From Candidatus Latescibacterota bacterium (lineage in GTDB: Bacteria; Latescibacterota; UBA2968; UBA8231), in NCBI GenBank assembly GCA_965215195.1, contig CBDCDC010000002.1:2624001-2688000 (forward strand): a DNA stretch of 64,000 bases, written 5' to 3'. The translations under genes and the position numbers were made by a program. The notes under the pieces are model-generated. The model made no database searches and had not been told where the DNA came from. It worked only from the letters and a program-made list of their open reading frames with translations. This document shows, piece by piece, positions 17,233-27,418 of this stretch (position 1 is its first letter; each line of letters begins with the position of its first letter).

Positions 17233-18804
17233 TCAACCTCCCGGCGGGGCGATCCGCTCCCGACCTAAGCCTTCGGGACGCACAAAGTCCTTGTAGCGGA
17301 GCAAAATTTCCGCTCCATTAATGCTGCGGGCAAAACCCGCCCGCGCCTCTAACTTCTTCACCTCAATCTCGACCCGATTGGCCCCGCGCCTTATTTCCTC
17401 CGCTGCCAAGCGAAAGCGGAACCAGTGTGCCGAAAAACCCAACGGGGCCTGCACCGCCATACTGCCGGCGAGCTGGAGGGGAATGGTCAAGGCGCGCTCG
17501 TCCCTGATTTCGGCTTCGGCGCGGGACAGGACCCGGCCGTTAAAGCGCATTTCGATGTCGTCCTCAATGCAGAAAAAGGCAAAGCGCAGCGTCAAGATGG
17601 CCGGGCGCATCTCGCCGTCGCCCCGGGCGCTCTCCACATCGTCGGCCACCCAAATGTCGAGCGCGACCGTCTCGCCCTCCAAGAGTTGTTCCGGCACTTG
17701 GCGCTCTGGCGTAGAAGTCTCCTCTCCTATGGCCCCCTCGCGCGGCTGTAGCAGATAGCGCTTGTCGCGCCGGGCGTATGCCTGCGGATAGGCCACCTCG
17801 CGCAGGATCTGGTACTCGCGCTCGGCAAGGGGCCAAGGCATATAGCCCAAGTACATCCCGGCGTAGCCCTGCCAAGCGAGGGTCTGGCTGAGGGCGCGAT
17901 ACATCTCAATGCTCGGCAACCCCACCCGCTCGTCGTAGATGCGGCGCGGCGGCCGGTAATACGCGGCCGCACCCGCATTCTCGGCCACCGCGGCCAACCA
18001 CGGCGACCGAATGCCCGGGTCAACCAGCGCGTTCTCGTCTTGGCCGACGACCCAATCGAGGCTACCGGCCCGCAGCCAAGCCGCCACATCCAATCCCACC
18101 GCGAGGTTGTCTTCCTCGCGCAGATGCACCCGCGCCATCAGCGGAATTTTGCGGCCCTGCCGCACACCGATTTCCTCGGCCAACGCCCGCACTTTGGCCA
18201 CAAACTCGGTCATCAGCGGCGCGTTTTCTTGGATTTCGTCCTGTTTGAAATAGAAGTTGTCAAAGCAAAAATCCAGCTCCAACCCATCGGCTCGGTAGCC
18301 TTCTAACACTTCGCCGATGATGGCCAGCTTGTCCTCCTGCACGGCTTCTTGCGCGTAGTCGTAACACCACTCGGCCCGGCCGGCGTCGCCAATGCACACC
18401 GCGGCCCCGCGCTGCTCCTTGAGCCGCCCCGAGCGCTCGTGTCCCGGGCGGGAAGAGTCTTGGAGCTTGAGGCTGGGAAAGACCTTCAGCCCGGTCTCCT
18501 GGCCGCGCTCAATGACGGCCCGCAATTGGTCGGTGCCCAGCTCCTTGGCCACTTCAACCATCCGCATGATCCGCCAGTCAATGTAGTTTTCCCACACCTC
18601 CTTTCCCTGCCCCACCACGCGGCCGACCGCGCTCTGGTGAAAGAAGACGTCGCTATAGCCCAATCCCAAAACTAGCAGATCTACGCCCGTGCCCAGTACC
18701 TCATCTACCGGCCAGTGCAGGAGATGGCGGCTGGCCGGTGGTTCGAGTCGCTTGGCGTGGAAGTGGTGCGCGTCGTTGTAGTGAATCAAACGGGGGCGAT
18801 CCAT
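17233..18804 (-). CDS. Hypothetical protein with glycoside-hydrolase-like TIM barrel (GHL10-like)
   Basis: Strong ORF in operon; LIHYNDA, DYA...V, Y.ADGLELDF, GLDV.AWL..G. Confidence 0.6.
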   Translation of the reverse strand: MDRPRLIHYNDAHHFHAKRLEPPASRHLLHWPVDEVLGTGVDLLVLGLGYSDVFFHQSAVGRVVGQGKEVWENYIDWRIMRMVEVAKELGTDQLRAVIERGQETGLKVFPSLKLQDSSRPGHERSGRLKEQRGAAVCIGDAGRAEWCYDYAQEAVQEDKLAIIGEVLEGYRADGLELDFCFDNFYFKQDEIQENAPLMTEFVAKVRALAEEIGVRQGRKIPLMARVHLREEDNLAVGLDVAAWLRAGSLDWVVGQDENALVDPGIRSPWLAAVAENAGAAAYYRPPRRIYDERVGLPSIEMYRALSQTLAWQGYAGMYLGYMPWPLAEREYQILREVAYPQAYARRDKRYLLQPREGAIGEETSTPERQVPEQLLEGETVALDIWVADDVESARGDGEMRPAILTLRFAFFCIEDDIEMRFNGRVLSRAEAEIRDERALTIPLQLAGSMAVQAPLGFSAHWFRFRLAAEEIRRGANRVEIEVKKLEARAGFARSINGAEILLRYKDFVRPEGLGRERIAPPGG

Positions 18805-18857
18805 GGCTAGGCTCCTATTGCTACAGGCCCATCGGCCTCGTAGTGGTTTCGTTCAGC

Positions 18858-19973
18858 TTAGTCCTTCTTGTGGGACAAAACCTGATCCATGTATTTTTCG
18901 CGGCCGAAGAGCGGCTTTTTGTTGTACATTCGCGAGGGGTTGGGAATGAGGCGCAGACTGCGGTCGGCCAGCGGCAGGGCCACGGGCGCACAGCCCCGCC
19001 GGTGCGACTCGCGCACCGCAATGGCCATTTCGAGGACCTTGACGCCGTTCTCGCCGCTGCCCGGCGGATCCGCGCCCCGCTCCAGCGCGTCGACAATGGC
19101 CTTGCAACTAGCCACATTGCGGTCCCCAGGCCACCGCCAGCCCTCGGCGTCGTACCCACGTTTTGCGCCGTAGATTGGCCCTTCCGGCAAGACGCCCTCG
19201 ATTTTTTCCAATTTTTCCCAGCTCGCCCCATCGCCTTCGACGTACCGGTACAAGCCGGCGAGATGGTCGTCTGAGTAGAAGACCCCACCCTCACAGGCCA
19301 CCTCGTAGCCGCGGCCGCGCGCATCTTGGTCCCGGTAGATAAACGCCTCGATCCCATTGGTGAAGCGCACGTATCCGGCCCCGCCTTGGTCGTGCTCGCT
19401 CAGGGGATCATCCCTGACCCAGCCCGATACCCACGCCACCCCGGCGCATCCAGCGAAGTGGCGCATCAGGGTGAAGCGCTGGCAGCCCCCGCCCGACATC
19501 TCCGTGCCCGACCCGCCGAGCAGGGTGATGCGCTTGACCGCCCCCAACTCGCCCGCGCCGATGAACTCTAGGGCCTTTTGGTAGGCCGGCAGGTTGACGT
19601 CCAAGTCGCCCGCGCCAAAGGAGACGCGCCGGTGCTTGCACTCGGCGACCATGCGGTCGGCCTCTTCGAGTGAGGCCGCGATCGGCTTTTCGCAGAGAAT
19701 GGCCTTGACCCTGGCTCGAGCGCAGGCGATGACGACCTCCGGGTTGACGCCAACCGGCAGAATCGGCGCGGCAATGTCGAGCGCCTCTTTCTCTAGCATC
19801 TGGCGATAATCGGCATAACCGGGTACGCCCGTGCGTTTTTGAAACAGCGCCAAATTCTCTGGGTCTCCATCGGCCGCGGCCACCAACTCGGTGCGCTCGT
19901 CGAGCATATAGGCGCGTGCGTGCTGAGTCCCCTTGCGCCCGGCTCCAATCAACCCCACGCGATATTTAGCCAT
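18858..19973 (-). CDS. Gfo/Idh/MocA family oxidoreductase
   Basis: AGGAGG RBS; VGLIGAG, ILCEKPIA.SLEEAD.M. Confidence 0.9.
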   Translation of the reverse strand: MAKYRVGLIGAGRKGTQHARAYMLDERTELVAAADGDPENLALFQKRTGVPGYADYRQMLEKEALDIAAPILPVGVNPEVVIACARARVKAILCEKPIAASLEEADRMVAECKHRRVSFGAGDLDVNLPAYQKALEFIGAGELGAVKRITLLGGSGTEMSGGGCQRFTLMRHFAGCAGVAWVSGWVRDDPLSEHDQGGAGYVRFTNGIEAFIYRDQDARGRGYEVACEGGVFYSDDHLAGLYRYVEGDGASWEKLEKIEGVLPEGPIYGAKRGYDAEGWRWPGDRNVASCKAIVDALERGADPPGSGENGVKVLEMAIAVRESHRRGCAPVALPLADRSLRLIPNPSRMYNKKPLFGREKYMDQVLSHKKD

Positions 19974-20030
19974 CGTCAGAATCCTCCTTATATATGGTCT
20001 ATTTCTTTGGCACTTACAGCGGAATGTTCT

Positions 20031-22367
20031 TCACTTGAGATAGATCACGCGGCGCGTCTGCTTCCCGCCCGGATAGTGCAGACATGCCACATAGACGCCA
20101 GCCGCCACCGCAACACCCCGCTGGTCGCGGGCATCCCAAGGAACCTGATATACGCCAGCGGCTTGGACGTGGTCAACCAGTGTGCGCACGGGCTGACCTA
20201 AGACCGTGTAGATCGCCAGCCGCACCGGACCGGGCGCAGCCAAGCGGTAGGGGATCTGGGTAGTACTGTTGAAAGGATTGGGGAAACTGGGATCTAGGCC
20301 GCTGGTGGTCGGCATCGCCGGCTGTGGCGTTCCGGCTACCGCCGTGGCAGTGGGATCGAATAATGGATAGCCGGGATTGCCGGACAGGTTGAGCCGTTGC
20401 AGCGCCGGCAATTCGCTAAACGCATCCGCAGGCAATGTCTCAAGAGCATTGAAGCGCAGATCGAGCCGTTGCAGGGACCTCAGACCGGAAAATACATCGG
20501 CAGACAACGACCTAAGGGCATTGGCGGACAGATCGAGCCATCGCAGGGACCTCAGACCGGAAAACACACCGGGCGACAACGACGCAAGAGCATTGTCCCA
20601 CAGATCGAGCTGTCGCAGCGACGACAGACCCGAAAACACACCCGCAGGCAACAATGCAAGAGTGTTGCCGCCTAGAGAGAGCGTTTGCAGGGACCTCAGA
20701 CCGGAAAACACACCGGGCGACAACGACGCAAGAGCGTTGTCCCACAGAGTGAGCGTTTGCAGGGATATTAGACCGGCGAACATGTCGGCAGGCAACGACG
20801 CAAGGACATTGTTGTTCAGATGAAGCGTTTGCAGCGACGACAGATCGGCGAACACACCGGCAGGCAACGTCTCAAGGACATTATCGTTCAGATGAAGCGT
20901 TTGCAGCGACGACAGATCGGCGAACACATCAACGGGCAACGACGCAAGGGCATTGTCGTACAAATTGAGCCGTTGCAGCGACGACAGATCGGCGAACACA
21001 CCGGCAGGCAACGTCTCAAGGGCATTATCGTTCAGAGCGAGCAATTCCAGCGACGACAGACCCGAAAACACACCAACAGGCAACGTCTCAAGGACGTTAT
21101 CGTTCAGAGCGAGCAATTCCAGCGACGACAGACCCGAAAACACACCAACAGGCAACGACACAAGGGCGTTGTCTTGTAGGTAAAGCCTTGGCAGCGATGT
21201 TAGATCCGAAAACACACCGGGCGGCAACGACCCAAGGGCGTTATCGAACAGAGTGAGCGCCTCCAGTAACGGCAGCCCCGAAAACACGTTTTCCGGCAAG
21301 GACGTGAGAGCGTTACCGGACAGAGTGAGGGATTGCAGTGAACTCAGATTGGAAAACACACCGGGCGGCAACGTCTCAAGGGCGTTGTTGTTCAGGTCAA
21401 GCAATTGCAGCGACGACAGACCCGAAAACACACCAGCAGGCAACGACCCAAGAGCGTTGCTAGACAGAAAGAGCAATTGCAGTGAGGTCAGATTGGAAAA
21501 CACACCGGGCGGCAACGACCCAAGGGCGTTACCGGACAGCCTGAGTCTTTGCAGTGAGGTCAGATCGGCGAACACACCGGCGGGCAATGTCTCAAGGGCG
21601 TTACCGGACAGCCAGAGGAATTCCAGCGACGACAGACCCGAAAACACCCCAACTGGCAAGGACGTAAGAGCGTTATCGGCTAGACCGATCCTTTGCAGGG
21701 ACGACAAACCGCTAAACACATCCGCAGGTAATGACTCAAGACTGTTGTCGGACAGACCGAGCGCTTGTAGGGACGACAAACCGCTAAACACACCCGAAGG
21801 CAACGACCCAAGAGCGTTGCTGGACAGCCAGAGATCTTGCAGGGATGACAGACCGGAAAACACGCCCGCTGGCAACGACTCAAGGCTGTTGTAGGCCAGA
21901 TTGAGCGATTGCAGTGAGGTCAGACCGGAAAACACATCGGGCGGTAACGACTCAAGAGCGTTCTCGTACAGAGTGAGCGTTTCCAGAGACGACAAACCGC
22001 TAAACACACCCGAAGGCAACGACCCAAGAGCGTTGCTGCGCAGAGTGAGCGTTTCCAGAGACGACAAACCGGCGAAATCGCCCGCCTGTAGGCTCGAAAT
22101 TCCTCTATGCCTGAGGAACAGTTCGCCGGTAATCGCGGCAAGTTTCTCTTCGGTCACTCCCGCACAACCGCCGACGCGGGAAGTCCGCTTGAGAATGGCC
22201 TGTTGTACCTGCGGAGTGCGGTCACAGATGCCGCCAGGGGTCGTCTGCGCCCAGGCAACTCCACTAAAAGTCTGGACGAAGAGGACGAAGAAGCAAAGCG
22301 CACCCGCTGCTATAGCTCTATTGGCGGGGACCTCCGTTTTATCCGTCTCAGCAGTTAGCCAGTACAT
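20031..22367 (-). CDS. Secreted LRR protein (about 24 typical-class 24-aa repeats) with FlgD-Ig/T9SS-like CTD
   Basis: LPxGVFSGLSSLxxLxLxxNAL repeats, Cys N-cap ICDRTPQV, C-terminal FPNPFNSTT..Y...G.V.L.IY...GQ.VRTLV; start uncertain (22367 or 22442). Confidence 0.9.
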   Translation of the reverse strand: MYWLTAETDKTEVPANRAIAAGALCFFVLFVQTFSGVAWAQTTPGGICDRTPQVQQAILKRTSRVGGCAGVTEEKLAAITGELFLRHRGISSLQAGDFAGLSSLETLTLRSNALGSLPSGVFSGLSSLETLTLYENALESLPPDVFSGLTSLQSLNLAYNSLESLPAGVFSGLSSLQDLWLSSNALGSLPSGVFSGLSSLQALGLSDNSLESLPADVFSGLSSLQRIGLADNALTSLPVGVFSGLSSLEFLWLSGNALETLPAGVFADLTSLQRLRLSGNALGSLPPGVFSNLTSLQLLFLSSNALGSLPAGVFSGLSSLQLLDLNNNALETLPPGVFSNLSSLQSLTLSGNALTSLPENVFSGLPLLEALTLFDNALGSLPPGVFSDLTSLPRLYLQDNALVSLPVGVFSGLSSLELLALNDNVLETLPVGVFSGLSSLELLALNDNALETLPAGVFADLSSLQRLNLYDNALASLPVDVFADLSSLQTLHLNDNVLETLPAGVFADLSSLQTLHLNNNVLASLPADMFAGLISLQTLTLWDNALASLSPGVFSGLRSLQTLSLGGNTLALLPAGVFSGLSSLRQLDLWDNALASLSPGVFSGLRSLRWLDLSANALRSLSADVFSGLRSLQRLDLRFNALETLPADAFSELPALQRLNLSGNPGYPLFDPTATAVAGTPQPAMPTTSGLDPSFPNPFNSTTQIPYRLAAPGPVRLAIYTVLGQPVRTLVDHVQAAGVYQVPWDARDQRGVAVAAGVYVACLHYPGGKQTRRVIYLK

Positions 22368-22445
22368 CCGTTGCCTGCTTAGAAGCGGTTGAGCTATAAA
22401 AGTGAGGAGCCGACACAAAAGAGGAACAGCCGAACTACTCAATGC

Positions 22446-22785
22446 CTAAGCCCTCCGACTCGCCCGCGCCCACAGCAGCCCCAGCGTCACCGCCACCACC
22501 ACCAAAAAGGGCACCGCCAAGTGATTGAGCCTGTCCCAGCCAAACATCCCCTCCAAAGGTGCCGCCCCAAAACTGGTCATCACCATCAGGCCAAAGACCA
22601 GAAAGTCATTGCACGATTGCACCCGCGCCTTTTCCTCGGGCCGGTGCGTCGTCGCCAAGAGCGAAGGTCGCCAGCGCGGGATTCGGCGTCAACCGCTGGC
22701 CGACGAGCGCCATGCTCGAGAGCATGACGATGCTGGCGGTGCGCGAGAGGGCCTCGCACAAAAAGAGCAGCGAAACATTTCTCAC
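22446..22785 (-). pseudogene. MFS transporter with a large internal deletion and frameshift
   Basis: GTG-RNVSLLFLCEALSRTASIVMLSSMALVGQRLTPNPALAT joined out of frame to SLLATTHRPEEKARVQSCNDFLVFG...GWDRLN. Confidence 0.75.
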
Positions 22786-22796
22786 GCGAGCTAGGC

Positions 22797-23873
22797 CTAT
22801 CGGCCCGGTCGTTGATTATTTTTTCGCCGCGTCGCCACGGCCGCGGCCAATTCCTCCAGCACCTCCACCGTCGTCTCCCACCCGATACAGGCATCGGTAA
22901 TGCTCTGCCCGTAAACCAACTCACTACCTGCCTGCTGTTTCTGATTGCCCTCGATTAGGTGGCTTTCCAGCATCACCCCGAAAACATCCCGCGTCCCTCC
23001 CACTACCTGCGCGGCGACCGCACTTGCAACAGCCGGCTGGCGCTTGTGAGCCTTGGCGCTGTTGCCGTGGCTGCAATCGATCATCACGCGGTGCGGCAAG
23101 CCCGCCTCCTTGAGCCGGGCGGCGGCCGCGCCGACGCTGACGTGATCGTAGTTGGGGCCATCGCTGCCGCCGCGCAAAATCAGATGACAGCTCGCATTGC
23201 CCGAAGTCCCGACAATCGCCGCAATGCCCTGCTTGGTCACCGAGAGAAAGTGATGCGGGTGCCGGGCGGCACCGATGGCGTCAAGGGCGATCTGTACATT
23301 GCCCGCAGTCCCGTTCTTGAAGCCAACCGGCATCGACAGGCCCGAAGCCAATTCGCGGTGAACCTGACTTTCGGTGGTGCGGGCACCAATGGCCCCCCAA
23401 GCAATCAGGTCGGCGATAAACTGCGGCGTGATGGTATCGAGGAATTCGGAACCAGCCGGCAAGCCCATATCCGCCAACTGCACCAGCAAGCCGCGGGCGG
23501 CGCGCAAGCCGCTGTTGATGGCAAAGCTGTCGTCCAAGTGCGGGTCGTTGATCAACCCCTTCCAGCCGACGGTTGTGCGCGGCTTCTCGAAATACACGCG
23601 CATCACCACGCACAACTCGTCGCTTAGGGCCGCGGCCTTTTTTTTGAGCCGGTCCGCGTATTCGAGCGCGGCTTGGGGGTCGTGGATCGAACACGGCCCG
23701 ACCACTACCACTAGCCGGTCGTCCTCTCCGGCTAGTATGGCGTCCAATGCGCGGCGGGCAGAAGCCACAGTGTGGGAGGCGGCTTCCGAAATGGGCAATT
23801 CTTCCATTAGAATCGCCGGTGGGATCAGTGGTTTGAGTTGGGCAATGCGCAGATCGTCAGTTGATTCGAACAA
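22797..23873 (-). CDS. aroG: DAHP synthase, class I alpha
   Basis: TDDLRI, VVGPCSIHD, MRVYFEKPRTTVGWKGLINDP, IGARTTESQVHRELASGLS, DCSHGNS, YGQSITDAC; GGAGGAG RBS, TTG start. Confidence 0.95.
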   Translation of the reverse strand: MFESTDDLRIAQLKPLIPPAILMEELPISEAASHTVASARRALDAILAGEDDRLVVVVGPCSIHDPQAALEYADRLKKKAAALSDELCVVMRVYFEKPRTTVGWKGLINDPHLDDSFAINSGLRAARGLLVQLADMGLPAGSEFLDTITPQFIADLIAWGAIGARTTESQVHRELASGLSMPVGFKNGTAGNVQIALDAIGAARHPHHFLSVTKQGIAAIVGTSGNASCHLILRGGSDGPNYDHVSVGAAAARLKEAGLPHRVMIDCSHGNSAKAHKRQPAVASAVAAQVVGGTRDVFGVMLESHLIEGNQKQQAGSELVYGQSITDACIGWETTVEVLEELAAAVATRRKNNQRPGR

Positions 23874-23899
23874 GTCTTTCTACTCCTCCTAGTTATAAA

Positions 23900-24054
23900 C
23901 GGACGTTGCGCACGGCCGGCCCCGTCATTCCCGCACTTCACCCCCTGCTTTCGCAGGGGCTCACCACGCCCCCGTTTTCAAGGGCGCAGGCTTTGAGGCG
24001 TGGCATCCAAGGGGGGGATCGCACGGAGACGATGGTGCCCGTGCGTAACATCAG
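23900..24054. mobile_element. MITE-like element (family B) carrying a GTCATTCCCGC-type palindrome
   Basis: TIRs CGGACGTTGCGCACGG / reverse complement CTGATGTTACGCACGG (13/16); flanks TTATAAA / TCGTAAA (5/7); internal GTCATTCCCGC...GCGTGGCATCCA. Confidence 0.55.
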
Positions 24055-24082
24055 TCGTAAATTTTTATCGCCTAAACCCTAT

Positions 24083-25309
24083 TCACGCGCCACCCGGCAC
24101 CCAACCCAAAGCCGCAAAGTTCTTGCCGGTGAGATTCCGCATAAAGCGCGCCCGCTCGCGCGCTTCCCGTAGGTCCTCGCGCAGGTCCTCCGGCCGATGC
24201 GCCCGGCCCCGGCGCACGGTCAATACCGGCTCAATTTTGCGGTCGCCTTGCGCACACTGGCCGCGCACATCCCGGAACTCGAACACCCCCTCCAGCACCT
24301 CAAACGCCGCCAGATCCGCCACCGTCCCCTCCCGCAAAGTACCCAACTCCCCGCCGCGCCCAATGGCGGCGGCCGCCGCGGCCGTGCTCTGCTGCACGAC
24401 GCGCTCCAGCGGTACGCCCAAGTTGAGCAGCTTCGACGCGGTCTCCGGCATACTCTCGATCGGGCTATCCCAGCTATGGGCGTGCAAATCCGTGCTGATC
24501 ACGTCGGCGACAAAGCCGTCGGCCAAGGCCTGTCGCGCAATCCGGTAGTCGAAACTGCCGCCGCCGTGCCCCACGTCGAAGAGCACGCCCCGCTCCCGCG
24601 CTTCCCATACCTGCGGCACCACTGTCCCGGAGTCGTCCACCACGCAGTCTCCCGTGCCCTGATAACAATGGGTCACTACATCGCCGGGTCGCAGCAGGGC
24701 GAGCACGTCCGCAATCGGCACCCCCCGGGCGATGTGTACCATCACCGGCACCCCGGCCCACGCGGCCGCCTGCACTGCTAGCTGCAAGGGTTTGGTCCCG
24801 TTCTCGCCGACTTGGAAACCGCCCTGCCGCACCTTGACGCCGACGCAGTGCGCCTGCCAGTGATGGGCCGCAAACGCCGTGCGCTCTGGATCGCCGTACT
24901 GCAAATCGATCATCTCCCCCACCGGCCCACAAGTCAAGCCAATCGCCGAAATGTGTACGTACCCCAAAACTTGGGTCCGCGCCGGCTCAATGACATAATC
25001 GACAAACCCCGCGAAGTTGGCCCACCCGGCGCTTCCAGCATCGACGATTGTCGTCACGCCCGTGGCCAAGCACAGGGCATCGCCGCGAATGCCCCAAGTC
25101 GTGCATCCCGCGTAGAGATGCGCGTGGATATCGATCCAACCCGGCGTCAGGATTTTGCCGGACAGGTCTATGGTCTCCGCGGCCGGGGCCGTTATTTTCT
25201 CGGCCACTTCGGCGATCTCCTCCCCGACGATCCCCACATCGCGGATCCCATCCACGCCCTGCGCCGGGTCCATAACCCGCGCACCTTTTAACAACAGATC
25301 GTAGGCCAT
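24083..25309 (-). CDS. Amidohydrolase/deacetylase family metallohydrolase (dihydroorotase-like)
   Basis: PGWIDIHAH, GVTTIVDAGSAG, GVKVR, MVHI, PGDVVTHCY, DVGHGGGSF, ISTDLH. Confidence 0.9.
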   Translation of the reverse strand: MAYDLLLKGARVMDPAQGVDGIRDVGIVGEEIAEVAEKITAPAAETIDLSGKILTPGWIDIHAHLYAGCTTWGIRGDALCLATGVTTIVDAGSAGWANFAGFVDYVIEPARTQVLGYVHISAIGLTCGPVGEMIDLQYGDPERTAFAAHHWQAHCVGVKVRQGGFQVGENGTKPLQLAVQAAAWAGVPVMVHIARGVPIADVLALLRPGDVVTHCYQGTGDCVVDDSGTVVPQVWEARERGVLFDVGHGGGSFDYRIARQALADGFVADVISTDLHAHSWDSPIESMPETASKLLNLGVPLERVVQQSTAAAAAAIGRGGELGTLREGTVADLAAFEVLEGVFEFRDVRGQCAQGDRKIEPVLTVRRGRAHRPEDLREDLREARERARFMRNLTGKNFAALGWVPGGA

Positions 25310-25403
25310 TGCCCTTACTCCATTATCCTCTGTGGCTTCTTGACACGCCTAGGCCCAACCCCGTATATAATTCGCTTTTTTTACCCCTACTCCGAGAGCC
25401 ACT

Positions 25404-26402
25404 ATGGGAAACGCTCCACCGGCCGAAGGCATCCGCATCCCAGCCGCTGCCTTGCGCCAACTCACCGCCGACTTCTTCCACAAAGCCGGCACCAACCCCG
25501 CAGACGCCCAGCTCCTCGCCGACCTCTTAACGGCCACCGACCTGCGCGGCGTCCACAGCCACGGCACTTGGCAAATCCCCGGGTACGTGCGCCTGATGCT
25601 CGAAGGCCGCGTCAATCCCCGCCCTAATATAAAGGTGACCCGTTCAACCACCACTGCCCGCGTCTATGACGGCGATGGCGGCATGGGGCATTTTCCCTGC
25701 CACCAAGCCATGACTTGGGCAGCCGAGACGGCCGCAGAGTACGGCACGGCCGCGGCGACTACCCGCAACCACTTCCACTTCGGCAGCGCCGGCAAGTATT
25801 CGCGGATAGCCGCGGCGGCTGGCTGCATTGGGATAGCCATCTCCTCGCACCGCTACGACCTGCCGCCGGAATCGCTAGTCAAAGGCGTCAACGCCACGTC
25901 GCCGATCAGCATCGCCTTCCCCAACCGGGAGCAACCGCCCCTCGTGCTCGACATGGGCGCGCACATGCTGCCTTGGGGCGAGGAACTCTTCGCGCAGATC
26001 CCCTTCGCCTTTTTTAAGGAACTGGGCATCGGCGCGGTAAACCGGGCACTGGGCGGCGTGTTGGCCGGGATTTACCTGCCGCAATTTATCCCGCCGACGT
26101 CGCCTTGGGAATCCAACCAAGGCTCCTTCCTAGCGGCCTTTGACGTGCGTGCTTTTATGCCTTTAGAAGAATTCCACGCGCAGATGGACGCGTTTGTCGC
26201 CGCCGCCCGCAACATGCAGCCCTTCCCCGGCCTCGACTGCGCCGAACTGCCCGGCAATCTGGAGTGGCAACGGGAGCGCGAGTACGCCCGCGACGGCGTA
26301 CCCATCGGCCCCCAACACCAGCAAAACCTTCAGGACCTAGCTGACGAACTGGGGGTAGCCACTCCCTTCGCCGCCTACGAGCACACCCGCTTCACTGCCT
26401 AA
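25404..26402 (+). CDS. Ldh_2 family (malate/lactate/sulfolactate dehydrogenase-like) oxidoreductase
   Basis: DLRGVHSHG, DGDGGMG, N.FHFG.AG.Y, P.VLDM, LPG..E. Confidence 0.9.
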   Translation: MGNAPPAEGIRIPAAALRQLTADFFHKAGTNPADAQLLADLLTATDLRGVHSHGTWQIPGYVRLMLEGRVNPRPNIKVTRSTTTARVYDGDGGMGHFPCHQAMTWAAETAAEYGTAAATTRNHFHFGSAGKYSRIAAAAGCIGIAISSHRYDLPPESLVKGVNATSPISIAFPNREQPPLVLDMGAHMLPWGEELFAQIPFAFFKELGIGAVNRALGGVLAGIYLPQFIPPTSPWESNQGSFLAAFDVRAFMPLEEFHAQMDAFVAAARNMQPFPGLDCAELPGNLEWQREREYARDGVPIGPQHQQNLQDLADELGVATPFAAYEHTRFTA

Positions 26403-26419
26403 AAAAAGAAGAGGAACAG

Positions 26420-27418
26420 ATGACTCAACCCCGCATCCTGTCCAGCGTCGAGATCGAGTTTCAAGGCCAAAGCAAGGCCCGCCAGCTTATTGAGCGCGCC
26501 GGCTTCGCCATTGAGGTCCAACACCCCCAACCCGGCTGGCTCGACGAGGAAACGCGAGCGAAGCTAGACGGCTTCGACGCCCTGCTGGCCGGCGGCGAAA
26601 ACCTCAACGCTACCACCATGGACCAAGCAGCACAGCTCAAGATCATCGCCCGCAACGGCGTCGGCTTCGACAAGGTTGACCTCGATTACTGCACCCAGCG
26701 CGGCATCGTCGTCACCAATACCCCCGGTGCCATGGCCGACGCCGTGGCCGACCTGACTTTCGCCCTACTCCTCGGAATGGTGCGCTCGCTAAAGTTAGGC
26801 GACCATCGGGTCAAAACGGAAGACGCCTACGACGTTCCGGTCGGCGAGGACCTCTGCGCCATGACCTTGGGGCTGGTCGGCTGCGGCCGCATCGGCGCTG
26901 AGGTCGTGCGCCGCGCCCGCGGCTTCAAGATGCGAGTCCTCGTCCACGATCCTTGGATTGACGACGCGCAAATCCGCGCCCTCGGTGCCGAGCCTGCCGA
27001 CCGCACCGCCCTGCTGTCCCAAGCCGACGCCATTACCTTGCACCTGCCGCTGAGCGAGGGAAACCGCCACCTCGTCAATGCCGACTTCCTCGGCCTTATG
27101 AAAGAGGGTGCCTACCTGATTAACACCGCCCGCGGCGGTTTAGTTGACGAAGCCGCCCTGCTCGCCGCGCTCGACAGCGGCCATCTAGCCGGTGCCGGCC
27201 TCGACTGCCAAGCCACCGAGCCGCCCCAAGGCCAGTCCCTCGAACTGGTCCGCCGCGACGAGGTGCTAGCCCTGCCCCACACCGGCTCCAAGACCCTAAG
27301 CGCCCGCAAGCGCATGGCCTTCGTCGCCGCGCAGAGCATCGTCGCCCTGTTGCAGGGCAAAGTCCCGGATCACGTGGTCAACAAAGAAGTGCTGGATAGA
27401 CTGGATTTGGCGGGGTAG
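26420..27418 (+). CDS. D-2-hydroxyacid dehydrogenase (phosphoglycerate dehydrogenase-like)
   Basis: IARNGVGFDKVD, VTNTPG, GLVGCGRIG, LINTARGGLVDE, GAGLD..EP, PHTGS. Confidence 0.92.
   Translation: MTQPRILSSVEIEFQGQSKARQLIERAGFAIEVQHPQPGWLDEETRAKLDGFDALLAGGENLNATTMDQAAQLKIIARNGVGFDKVDLDYCTQRGIVVTNTPGAMADAVADLTFALLLGMVRSLKLGDHRVKTEDAYDVPVGEDLCAMTLGLVGCGRIGAEVVRRARGFKMRVLVHDPWIDDAQIRALGAEPADRTALLSQADAITLHLPLSEGNRHLVNADFLGLMKEGAYLINTARGGLVDEAALLAALDSGHLAGAGLDCQATEPPQGQSLELVRRDEVLALPHTGSKTLSARKRMAFVAAQSIVALLQGKVPDHVVNKEVLDRLDLAG

Noticed and set aside
13520-22070. CRISPR arrays in the 72-bp periodic regions
   Set aside because: They are in-frame LRR-coding repeats with no unique spacers and no cas genes.
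25340-25371. Perfect TTGACA and TATAAT hexamers
   Set aside because: The spacing is 20 bp, too long to call as a pair, although a promoter probably lies nearby.
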